Shown: positions 20,340 through 28,403 of the stretch, one piece after another
Position numbering within the stretch: the stretch's first letter is position 1
Layout: each line of letters begins with the position of its first letter
DNA from: Oscillospiraceae bacterium
GTDB lineage: Bacteria > Bacillota > Clostridia > Oscillospirales > Ruminococcaceae
DNA length: 55,342 nucleotides
Assembly (NCBI GenBank): GCA_028694405.1
Contig: JAQUTM010000001.1
Coordinates: forward strand, 1-55,342
Direction: 5' to 3'
Translations under genes and position numbers: made by a program
The notes under the pieces: model-generated
Told to the model about the DNA's origin: nothing
The model's input: the letters and a program-made list of their open reading frames with translations, nothing else
Database searches by the model: none

Positions 20340-20959
20340 CAGCATCTACAATGGTTTTAAAAGCGCTAGGCACATTTTTTCTGTACGCCGTTGTGGCAAT
20401 GTTTGCACAAAACGCGGTGTTTTCTCGTGCGCTTGGCGTAAGCCGCCTTGTTAAAATGGTGGACGACCCCACAATAGACACCTTTATTTTTGGGGCTATG
20501 CTTACAGCCGTACAGTTAATTAGTACACCGCTTGCATGGTACGCTAACCTGTTAATGGCACCTTTGGGCAGTTGGCGTCCCTTAGTACGTCCGCTTATTT
20601 TTGTATTGTGCAGCGGTATAGGCTTTTTTGTGGTATTGTTTTTTATTGCCACAGTGCTAAAACAAGTGGACGCAAAAAACGCTATTGCAGCGCTGCCCAT
20701 GGCAACGTTTAACTGCAGCGTATTGGGCACTATGTTAATAGCGGCTACGCAAAATTTTACACTTTTACAAACCATGGGCTTTGCCCTGGGCAGCAGCGCA
20801 GGCTATGTTTTGGCAGTTATGGTTGCCACCGAGGCACAGCGCAAGCTGCAAAGCCGTGCGGTGCCGGCTTGCTTTAAAGGGCTGCCTATTACACTTATTT
20901 ATATTGGCGTTTTGGCCTTGGCCATTTATGGCTTTACGGGGCATATGTTGGCTATTTAA
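20336..20959 (+). CDS. RnfA/NqrE-like membrane protein (Rnf-Nqr domain; one of two conserved Cys retained)
   Basis: QNAVFSRALGVSR (canonical NNFVL..FLGLCP), ATFNCSVLG (canonical TTNCAVLG), and a C-terminus PACFKGLPITLIYIGVLALAIYGFTG resembling RnfA. ATGA overlap with the upstream gene. Confidence 0.7.
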   Translation: MTASTMVLKALGTFFLYAVVAMFAQNAVFSRALGVSRLVKMVDDPTIDTFIFGAMLTAVQLISTPLAWYANLLMAPLGSWRPLVRPLIFVLCSGIGFFVVLFFIATVLKQVDAKNAIAALPMATFNCSVLGTMLIAATQNFTLLQTMGFALGSSAGYVLAVMVATEAQRKLQSRAVPACFKGLPITLIYIGVLALAIYGFTGHMLAI

Positions 20960-20961
20960 CT

Positions 20962-22194
20962 TTGTTAACCGAAAGAAGGGTAGATGTGGGCAGAAAACCT
21001 GTTAAGTTAAGTTCTAAAAAACCGATAAAGGTAAAGCGCTATAAGCGCAGCTTTTCCGGCAGCGGCGACCGTCGAAATTGGTGGAGAGGCGTTATTGGCT
21101 TTGGTATTTTTTTAATTGTGTTGTTTGGGGTTGGCTGGCTTGTGGCAAAGCCCGGGCTGGATATTGCCAGCACCATGTGGTACAACTGGAAAAACGGCGG
21201 TGATGTTTCTTCCAGTCAGGTGGAACCTGAAGTATTACCCGAAAGTCAGCCACAGCCACAGGAGCCGGAAGAACCTGTAGTAGAGGAGCCGGTGCGTTTA
21301 ACTCAGGGCAAATGGCAAAGCTTGACAACGCAGGGTATGGACAGTGAAGAAAATATTCGTGCTGTTGCAAAGTCCTGCGCTCAGCAGGGCTATACACACG
21401 CTCTTATTACGTTTAAAGATGATAGCGGTAAGGTTTATTATAATTCAGCGGCGGCTCAGTCGGTTGCTGCTGTAGCAGAAAACAGCGTAGACGCCGCGTT
21501 GATTGCCCGCGTGTTTACGGAAGAGGGTGTTGTACCCTGTGCACAAATTTCTGCTTTTAAAGACCCTATTGCGCCCTACTCGGACAGGAGCGCGGCTATT
21601 TGGTATCAAAATCAAGAGGGCTTTTTGTGGCTGGATAACGCTGCGGAAAAAGGCGGAAAGCCGTGGTTAAACCCGTATGCCGCAAGTGCCCAAAAATATA
21701 TTACAGATGTTGCCACGGAGCTTGCTAAAAGCGGTTATACCGAAATTGTAGTGGATAATCTGCGCTTTCCCGGCGGATATTTGGCATCGGCAGGCTATGG
21801 CGCCACAAACGGTATAACTACAGCAGATGTGCTGAAAAATTACGCCGCAAGCTTGCAGCAAACGCTTGCACAAATAGGTAGCACCTGTTGGTTTAACTAC
21901 AGCGCCCAAGGATTGATAAGCGGTAATGAAGGCGCATATGGCACAACAGATTTAAGTATCTTTAATTTGCCCAGTGTTGTGATGACCATTTCCACAACCC
22001 AAAATACTGCCGGTGAGACGGCTTTTGCAGAAGATGAAATTTCTGCTTTTTCTACCGTATTCCAAAAGCTCTCTCAAAATAATACCAAAGAGATTGCTCT
22101 GCGTATTGAAGGTACAGCAGCAGACAGTGCATCTTTACAAAGCGTATTAAATGCGGCAAGCAATGCCGGCATTACCCAGATTATTTACAGTTAA
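20962..22194 (+). CDS. membrane-anchored DUF4015 / GHL-type putative glycoside-hydrolase-like protein
   Basis: Basic N-terminus, one TM (VIGFGIFLIVLFGVGWLV) and a Pro/Glu-rich linker. Then ALITFKDDSGKVYY, ISAFKDPIAP, WLNPY and GYTEIVVDNLRFPG blocks resembling DUF4015. Start is ambiguous (TTG 20962 or GTG 20986). Confidence 0.6.
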   Translation: MLTERRVDVGRKPVKLSSKKPIKVKRYKRSFSGSGDRRNWWRGVIGFGIFLIVLFGVGWLVAKPGLDIASTMWYNWKNGGDVSSSQVEPEVLPESQPQPQEPEEPVVEEPVRLTQGKWQSLTTQGMDSEENIRAVAKSCAQQGYTHALITFKDDSGKVYYNSAAAQSVAAVAENSVDAALIARVFTEEGVVPCAQISAFKDPIAPYSDRSAAIWYQNQEGFLWLDNAAEKGGKPWLNPYAASAQKYITDVATELAKSGYTEIVVDNLRFPGGYLASAGYGATNGITTADVLKNYAASLQQTLAQIGSTCWFNYSAQGLISGNEGAYGTTDLSIFNLPSVVMTISTTQNTAGETAFAEDEISAFSTVFQKLSQNNTKEIALRIEGTAADSASLQSVLNAASNAGITQIIYS

Positions 22195-22261
22195 TACCAG
22201 CGGATTTTTGCCTAAAACTTTTAAATTTTTGTATAAGAAAATTTGCAACTTCCATACTAAA

Positions 22262-22294
22262 AGAGCACCTCAAAAGGGTGCTCTTTATTATTTT
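22262..22294 (+). terminator. rho-independent terminator after the DUF4015 gene
   Basis: AGAGCACC - 7 nt loop - GGTGCTCT followed by TTATTATTTT. Confidence 0.65.
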
Positions 22295-22309
22295 AAATGG
22301 GGTGTGCTT

Positions 22310-22513
22310 ATGGCAAATTATAAATCTTTGTACTTTCAGCTTTTCAACGAAATAACAGACACAATCGAAAGATTAAAGCACGCCCAACAGCAGACAGAGC
22401 AAGAGGTTATAAACAGTGAGGAACAGCTCCATCTGGAGCCGCCGTTAAACGTAAAGGAGCCCAACAAAGTAATTTTAGAAGACGAGTTAGAACCACAACA
22501 AGAAAAAATGTAA
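22310..22513 (+). CDS. small acidic hypothetical protein (67 aa)
   Basis: ATG directly after the terminator, followed by its own terminator. MANYKSLYFQLFNEITDTIERLKHAQQQTEQE, a helical N-terminus with an acidic tail. The ORF-track 22151 start runs across the terminator. Confidence 0.4.
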   Translation: MANYKSLYFQLFNEITDTIERLKHAQQQTEQEVINSEEQLHLEPPLNVKEPNKVILEDELEPQQEKM

Positions 22514-22523
22514 TAAAAACACA

Positions 22524-22560
22524 AAAACCGACAGCCTAGTTGCTGTCGGTTTTGCGTTTT
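22524..22560. terminator. bidirectional terminator (small ORF / leuB convergent)
   Basis: AAAACCGACAGC - CTAGTT - GCTGTCGGTTTTGCGTTTT. Confidence 0.75.
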
Positions 22561-22614
22561 AAGCGTATAAAAACACTTTTATATAAACCACCCAAATTAA
22601 AATAGATAAACCAC

Positions 22615-23685
22615 TTATAGTTGTTTACAAATTAAACTGCCCATTTCACTGGTGCTTAATACATGCTCGCCTGCTTTGGCAATGTCGGCAGTGCGTGCGC
22701 CGCTGTTTAATGCCGCTTCAACCGCCGCTTCAATGGCAGCGCTTTCGGTCTCTAATCCAAAGCTGTATTTTAACATCATGGCGCAGCTTAAAATTGTGGC
22801 AATGGGATTGGCAAGACTTTTCCCTGCAATATCCGGTGCGCTGCCGTGAATAGGCTCGTACATGCCCGGATTTGCTTCGCCAAGGCTTGCACTGGGCAAC
22901 ATACCAATGCTGCCGGTAATCATACTGGCTTCGTCGGACAAAATGTCGCCAAATAAGTTTCCTGTAACCATTACGTCAAACTGACCCGGGTTGCGTACAA
23001 GCTGCATGGCTGCGTTGTCCACATACATGTGTTCCAACTGAACATCGGGGTATTCCGCCGCCACTTTTGTAACGGTTTCGCGCCATACACGGCTGGTTTC
23101 CAACACGTTTGCCTTGTCAACGCTGGTAACTTTTTTGCTGCGCACCATTGCCATCTCAAAAGCACGGCGTGCAATGCGCACCACCTCCGGCACAGAATAA
23201 TTCATATCGTCGTGGCCTACCACCATGCCGTTTTCTTCGGTTCGCATTTTTTTTCCAAAATATACGTCACCTGTCAGCTCACGCACAACGGTAATATCAA
23301 AGCCGCTGCCAATAATGCTCTCTTTAATGGGACAGGCATCGGCCAAAGCTTTGTACATTTTTGCAGGGCGAATATTGGCAAACAGGCCAAGCTGCTCGCG
23401 CAGACCCAGCAGTGCTTTTTCGGGGCGGTTTGCAGGAGGCTGTGTGTCATATTTGGGACCGCCCACTGCGCCAAGCAGGACGCTGTCGCTGGCTTTGCAA
23501 ATAGCAACGGTTTTATCTGGCAGACAGTTTCCGGTAGCGTCAATAGCGGCGCCTCCCGCCAAAACCTCGGTGAAAATAAAGGTGTGACCAAATTTTTCAC
23601 CTGTTTTATCCAGTACCTTCATCGCCTCGGTTACAATTTCCGGCCCGATACCGTCGCCCTTAATTACAGCAATTTTGTATTCCAT
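22615..23685 (-). CDS. leuB: 3-isopropylmalate dehydrogenase
   Basis: KIAVIKGDGIGPEI N-terminus and the NLFGDILSDEASMITGSIGMLPSASL signature. Confidence 0.95.
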   Translation of the reverse strand: MEYKIAVIKGDGIGPEIVTEAMKVLDKTGEKFGHTFIFTEVLAGGAAIDATGNCLPDKTVAICKASDSVLLGAVGGPKYDTQPPANRPEKALLGLREQLGLFANIRPAKMYKALADACPIKESIIGSGFDITVVRELTGDVYFGKKMRTEENGMVVGHDDMNYSVPEVVRIARRAFEMAMVRSKKVTSVDKANVLETSRVWRETVTKVAAEYPDVQLEHMYVDNAAMQLVRNPGQFDVMVTGNLFGDILSDEASMITGSIGMLPSASLGEANPGMYEPIHGSAPDIAGKSLANPIATILSCAMMLKYSFGLETESAAIEAAVEAALNSGARTADIAKAGEHVLSTSEMGSLICKQL

Positions 23686-23771
23686 ATTTAAAAATCCCTT
23701 CTGTTAACCTGCCTATACCGATTGTATAAACACAGGCTATTATGTTTCCCTCTTATATAAATTTAAAAAGC

Positions 23772-24269
23772 TTAGCAGCCTGCGCCGCGCTCTTTTAAGC
23801 TTTTTAGTAAGCCGCCGCTGGAGATAATGCCTTGAATAAAGGCGGGAAAGGGCAATGCCTGATAGGTTTCGTTTTTGGTGACGTTGGTAATAACACCTGT
23901 TTCAAAATCAATTTGCACTTCATCATCTGCCTCAATTTTTTTTGCGGCCTCGTCACACTCCAAAATAGGCATACCGATATTGATGGCATTGCGGTAAAAA
24001 ATACGGGCAAAGCTGCTTGCAATTACACAGCCTACGCCGCAAACCTTAATTACTAAGGGTGCATGCTCACGAGAGGAGCCGCAGCCAAAGTTTTTATTGG
24101 CAACAATAATATCGCCCAGGTTTACCTTTTGCACAAAATCGGTGTCAATGTCCTCCATGCAGTGCTTGGCAAGCTCCTCGGGCTCGGCAATATTCAGGTA
24201 TCGGGCAGGTATGATAACATCTGTATCTACGTTATCGCCGTATTTAAAAGTTTTTCCTTTTACAATCAT
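23772..24269 (-). CDS. leuD: 3-isopropylmalate dehydratase small subunit
   Basis: 165 aa, [15 protein letters not shown] and [12 protein letters not shown] motifs, adjacent to leuC. Confidence 0.93.
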   Translation of the reverse strand: MIVKGKTFKYGDNVDTDVIIPARYLNIAEPEELAKHCMEDIDTDFVQKVNLGDIIVANKNFGCGSSREHAPLVIKVCGVGCVIASSFARIFYRNAINIGMPILECDEAAKKIEADDEVQIDFETGVITNVTKNETYQALPFPAFIQGIISSGGLLKSLKERGAGC

Positions 24270-24286
24270 GGTTTTGCTCTCCTCTC

Positions 24287-25546
24287 TTACACCTCGGCGG
24301 GGTCGGTAATTACACCGGTAATGGCACTGGCGGCGGCAACGGCGGGGCTTGCCAGATAAATTTCGCTGGTGATGTGGCCCATGCGTCCCACAAAATTGCG
24401 ATTTGTAGTAGAAATGGCGCGCTCTCCCTGTGCCAAAATTCCCATGTGGCCCCCCAAACAGGGCCCACAGGTAGGAGTGCTTACAATGGCGCCTGCCTCT
24501 ACAAAAATTTCAAGCAAGCCCTCGCGGATACATTGCAGGTAAATTTCTTGTGTGGCAGGGATAATAATGGTGCGCACGGTTTTGCACACTTTTTTGCCTT
24601 TTAAAATAGCGGCGGCAATACGCATGTCGTCAATCCGTCCGTTGGTGCAGCTGCCAATTACGCTCTGCTGAATTTCCAGTCCCTTTACCTCGTCAATGGG
24701 CTTGGTGTTTTCGGGCAAGTGTGGGCAGGCAATGGTGGGACGAAGTGCCGACAAATCAATGTTAATTACCTCGTCATACACGGCGTCTTCATCTGCCTCA
24801 TACACGGTAACGGGGCGTGTAACACGTCCTGTAATATATCCCATGGTTTTTTCGTCAACAGGAAAAATTCCGTTTTTTGCGCCTGCCTCAATAGCCATGT
24901 TACAAATGGTAAAGCGGTCGTCCATAGTAAGGGCATTAGCGCCTTCGCCGCAAAACTCCATGCTTTTGTAAAGTGCGCCGTCTACGCCTATTTTGCCAAT
25001 GATATAAAGAATTACATCTTTGCCGCTTACATACTCCGGTAAGGTGCCTGTCAGGTTAAATTTAATGGCGCTTGGTACCCGAAACCATGCCTTGCCGGTA
25101 GCCATGCCCGCCGCCATATCCGTGCTGCCCACACCGGTGCTGAAGGCACCCAAAGCACCGTAGGTGCAGGTGTGGCTGTCGGCGCCGATAATCAGTTCTC
25201 CCGGTGCGGTTAAGCCTTTTTCGGGCAGCAGGGCGTGTTCAATGCCCATTTGACCCACGTCAAAAAAGTTTACAATATTGTGCTTGGCGCTAAACTGACG
25301 GCACTCCAAACACTGCTCGGCACTTTTAATATCCTTGTTGGGGGTAAAATGGTCCATTACCAAAGCAATTTTTGTGTTATCCCACACCTTGGTAAAGCCT
25401 GCTTTTTCCAGTTCTCGTATGGCTACGGGGCCTGTAATATCATTGGCAAGTGCCAAATCGATGTTTGCCTCAATCAGCTGGCCGGGCACTACTGTTTTTA
25501 AGCCAGCGTGTGCGGCAAGTATTTTTTGTGTCATCGTCATACCCAT
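24287..25546 (-). CDS. leuC: 3-isopropylmalate dehydratase large subunit
   Basis: Aconitase-family protein: [15 protein letters not shown], and Fe-S ligand regions GSCTNGR and CGPCLG. Confidence 0.95.
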   Translation of the reverse strand: MGMTMTQKILAAHAGLKTVVPGQLIEANIDLALANDITGPVAIRELEKAGFTKVWDNTKIALVMDHFTPNKDIKSAEQCLECRQFSAKHNIVNFFDVGQMGIEHALLPEKGLTAPGELIIGADSHTCTYGALGAFSTGVGSTDMAAGMATGKAWFRVPSAIKFNLTGTLPEYVSGKDVILYIIGKIGVDGALYKSMEFCGEGANALTMDDRFTICNMAIEAGAKNGIFPVDEKTMGYITGRVTRPVTVYEADEDAVYDEVINIDLSALRPTIACPHLPENTKPIDEVKGLEIQQSVIGSCTNGRIDDMRIAAAILKGKKVCKTVRTIIIPATQEIYLQCIREGLLEIFVEAGAIVSTPTCGPCLGGHMGILAQGERAISTTNRNFVGRMGHITSEIYLASPAVAAASAITGVITDPAEV

Positions 25547-25582
25547 GGTAAAACTCTCCTTTTTTATATGGTGGCAACTGTA

Positions 25583-27232
25583 TTATATGCGGTTGATAGC
25601 ACTAAACAAACCATGTACCGAGGCGGCGATAATATCGGCGTCAATGCCTGCACCCCAAACGGTTTTACCTGCGGCCTCTATGCACACATAGGCAACGGCT
25701 TTACTGGTACTGCCGCTTTCCAGTGCGTGCTCTTGGTAGGTAACAATGGTGTGCTCGCAGCCCAGCCCTTTGTTGATGGCGTTGCTAACGGCATCTAAAC
25801 GGCCGTTACCTGTGCCGATAATTTCCTGCACAACGCCGTCCGTTTCTACGGTAAGCACAACGCGAATTTCATTTCCGCGTACATAGTGGTAGTCAACCAG
25901 CTTTAGCTTGCTTTGTACATTTACATAGCAGGTTTGGAAAATATCGTAAACCTCCACAGGAGAAAGCTCTTTGTGGGCATGGTCGCTGACGCTTTTAACG
26001 GTGTAGCCAAAGTCCTCGCGCATTTTGGCGGGCAGGTTGTAACCGTAGTTTTGCTCCAGCAAGTAGCCAATGCCGCCTTTGCCGCTTTGGCTGTTAATGC
26101 GGATAACGTCGGTTTCGTATACACGGCCCACATCGGTGGGGTCGATGGGCAGGTAGGGAACAGTCCAATGTGCGGGGTCATTGTCATCGCGGTATTTCAT
26201 ACCCTTGGCAATGGCGTCTTGGTGGCTGCCGCTAAAGGCTGCAAATACAAGCTTACCGCTATAGGGCATACGCTCGTATACATGCATACGGGTTACACGC
26301 TCATACAGGTCACAAATTTCAGGCATTTCGGATAAATCCAGCGCAGGGTCCACTCCTTGGCTGTACATATTCAAGGCAAGGGTAACAATATCCACATTTC
26401 CGGTGCGCTCTCCGTTGCCAAACAAAGTGCCCTCAATGCGGTCGGCACCTGCAAGCAAGCCCAGCTCGCTGTCTGCCACGGCACAGCCACGGTCGTTGTG
26501 GGGGTGCAGGCTAACAACTACGTTATCGCGATATTTTAAGTTGCTGCACATATATTCAATTTGGCAGGCGTAAACGTGACTCATGCTCATGGCAACGGTT
26601 ACGGGCAAATTGATAATAACCTTGCGGTCGGCGGTGGGCTGCCAAACGTCCAATACAGCGTTGCAAACCTCAAGTGCATATTCGGGCTCGGTGCCGGTAA
26701 AGCTCTCGGGGCTGTACTCAAAGCGGTAAGCTGCGCCGCATTCTTCTGTAAGCTGTTTTAACAGCTTTGCACCCTCTACCGCAATGTTTAAAATTTCTTC
26801 CTTGCTCTTTTTAAATACTTGCTCGCGCTGTGCAACACTGGTGGAGTTGTACAAATGCACAACCGCATTTTTACAGCCCTGTAAGGCGTCAAAGGTTTTG
26901 CGAATAATATGCTCACGCGCCTGCGTTAAAACCTGTACGGTTACGTCGTCGGGAATTAAGCGGTCATCAATCAGTTTGCGCAAAAAGTCATATTCGGTCT
27001 CGCTGGCGGCGGGAAAGCCTACCTCAATTTCTTTAAAGCCGATTTTGCACAGCAGCTTAAAAAAATCAACCTTTTCCTCAAGGCTCATGGGAATAATCAA
27101 GCTTTGATTGCCGTCGCGTAAATCTACGCTGCACCAAACCGGTGCCTTGTCAATGTAATCCTTTTCTGCCCATTTAAAAGTGGGGTTTGGAGGCATAAAA
27201 TAGCCTCTTTTATACTTTGCTGTGTTTTTCAT
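25583..27232 (-). CDS. leuA: 2-isopropylmalate synthase (long form)
   Basis: WCSVDLRDGNQ, HPHNDRG, and a C-terminal LeuA dimerisation/regulatory domain. GGAGG SD lies 8 nt upstream. Confidence 0.95.
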   Translation of the reverse strand: MKNTAKYKRGYFMPPNPTFKWAEKDYIDKAPVWCSVDLRDGNQSLIIPMSLEEKVDFFKLLCKIGFKEIEVGFPAASETEYDFLRKLIDDRLIPDDVTVQVLTQAREHIIRKTFDALQGCKNAVVHLYNSTSVAQREQVFKKSKEEILNIAVEGAKLLKQLTEECGAAYRFEYSPESFTGTEPEYALEVCNAVLDVWQPTADRKVIINLPVTVAMSMSHVYACQIEYMCSNLKYRDNVVVSLHPHNDRGCAVADSELGLLAGADRIEGTLFGNGERTGNVDIVTLALNMYSQGVDPALDLSEMPEICDLYERVTRMHVYERMPYSGKLVFAAFSGSHQDAIAKGMKYRDDNDPAHWTVPYLPIDPTDVGRVYETDVIRINSQSGKGGIGYLLEQNYGYNLPAKMREDFGYTVKSVSDHAHKELSPVEVYDIFQTCYVNVQSKLKLVDYHYVRGNEIRVVLTVETDGVVQEIIGTGNGRLDAVSNAINKGLGCEHTIVTYQEHALESGSTSKAVAYVCIEAAGKTVWGAGIDADIIAASVHGLFSAINRI

Positions 27233-27344
27233 AAGATTGTCCTCCGTTTCCGTTGTTCCTTTATCAAAAAATAGTTAATGTTAGATTTGAAAAACCGTAA
27301 ACAATACATGAAAGAGACGCAAAAAGCTTTGCGATTTAAAAATG

Positions 27345-27642
27345 GGTATAAAAAAAGCCCTCATCTCGCAAAACCTTACGGTTTTAAGAGACGAAAGCAA
27401 ACTTCCGCGTTACCACTCTTATTGCTCTATATAGGTATAGAGCCACTCATGTACAGCACACATCTAACAATGCGCCTCTCATATAACGGCGAGACACCGT
27501 CCCGTCCTACTAGGCAAAATGCCATTCAGCGGGCTGCTCCCAGGTGAGCTTCATTACCTTTTGCTGCCGCCTTGCACCAACCGACGGCTCTCTGAAAACA
27601 TACAGCAACTACTTTACCTGTTCATCACATTTGTTACGATAT
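27345..27642 (-). promoter_or_regulatory. T-box leader, leucine specifier CUC, with terminator
   Basis: Minus-strand RNA carries: AGAGAGCC...GGTGCAAGG (stem I base); a specifier loop GAAGCUCACC with CUC at 27548-27546 followed by A; an AGTAGGA distal region; the T-box sequence AGAGUGGUAACGCGG (27419-27405); and a terminator hairpin plus U7 ending near 27349. Confidence 0.8.
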
Positions 27643-27648
27643 GCTTAA

Positions 27649-27677
27649 ATTATAGCGTGGTTTTTTTGCCGCGTCAA
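27649..27677 (-). promoter_or_regulatory. sigma-A-type promoter of the leu operon
   Basis: Minus strand TTGACG (27677-27672), 17 nt spacer, TATAAT (27654-27649). Confidence 0.6.
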
Positions 27678-27826
27678 GAAAAATTTTCACACAGCACACT
27701 GGTAAAGTGCACAAAGTTGTTTTGATTACAACAGGCAATTTGCAAAAACCGCTGTAAGGTGCTATACTTTAGCCAAATAATCAAGGATAAATATAAACAC
27801 TTTTCGGTACAGTAAGGGAGATACAT

Positions 27827-27994
27827 ATGACAACAGCGGCAAGTGCACAGTCTATTGGCATTATTGGCGGCGCAGACGGTCCAACCGCAATTTTTATTAC
27901 CGCAAAAATCAGTCCCTGGGCGCTAACTGCACTTATAGTGGCGATAGTTGTAATAGGGGTTATTATATGGAAAAGGCAAAAAAAGAAAAAATAA
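27827..27994 (+). CDS. small membrane protein, 55 aa (absent from the ORF track)
   Basis: AAGGGAG SD 6 nt before the ATG. MTTAASAQSIGIIGGADGPTAIFITAKISPWALTALIVAIVVIGVIIWKRQKKKK: one C-terminal TM helix plus a Lys tail. Confidence 0.5.
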   Translation: MTTAASAQSIGIIGGADGPTAIFITAKISPWALTALIVAIVVIGVIIWKRQKKKK

Positions 27995-28086
27995 GGCTGT
28001 CTATAGTAAAAAAACATAAATAAACCCTTTGCCTGTGCGGCAAGTTGTATACCTTGCCAAAAATGAAAATGGGAGTTAAAAAACCG

Positions 28087-28115
28087 TTGCAATTACCTTC
28101 GTTTCACCCTACAAT
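28087..28115 (+). promoter_or_regulatory. candidate promoter of the pur leader
   Basis: TTGCAA (28087-28092), 17 nt spacer, TACAAT (28110-28115). Confidence 0.45.
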
Positions 28116-28337
28116 TATATTGTAAACCAAATGTAAAAGGTGTTATAAAACAGCAAAAGCGGAGGTGTGTACCGGTGCAAAAGTGCAAAAAAGATGTGCG
28201 TATGGCGTATTTCTCAAAAATGTCACCACAAGTGTGCACATTTGCGTTAAAGCAAAAAGCATGCAGCCATGGGATAAATGCAGGCATTTTTGCAACCAAA
28301 TTTACAGTACAGGTGCATACAAAATATATGTAAATAC

Positions 28338-28381
28338 AAGGTCTTAGTGTAATTATTACACTGAGACCTTTTCTTAATTTT
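28338..28381 (+). terminator. strong intrinsic terminator (attenuator) immediately upstream of the purE SD
   Basis: 15-bp stem AAGGTCTTAGTGTAA / TTACACTGAGACCTT with one G-U pair and a 3-nt loop, then TTCTTAATTTT. The purE ATG is only 23 nt downstream, which leaves no room for a separate promoter. Confidence 0.7.
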
Positions 28382-28403
28382 GTAAAAGGAAAAGGAGACA
28401 ACA

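Noticed and set aside
27278-27547. 89-aa plus-strand ORF
   Set aside because: It lies entirely inside and antisense to the leuA T-box leader. It has no SD, and its composition is explained by the RNA element.
28080-28095. PurBox-like AAAACCGTTGCAA overlapping the -35 of the pur leader promoter
   Set aside because: It matches only the AWWWCCG part of the Bacillus PurR box (AWWWCCGAACWWT). No second inverted box was seen, and no purR gene is in the window.
28116-28337. Possible purine (guanine/adenine), ZTP or PRPP riboswitch in the pur leader
   Set aside because: I could not find the conserved cores: UAUAA..GGAUAUGG..UUUCUACC..CCGUAAA for purine, ACUGGCG and CCGCCUGGG for ZTP, or ykkC-type GGGA/ACACGG blocks. 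GCGUAUGGCGUAUUUCUC is only a superficial resemblance. The leader is therefore reported as unclassified.
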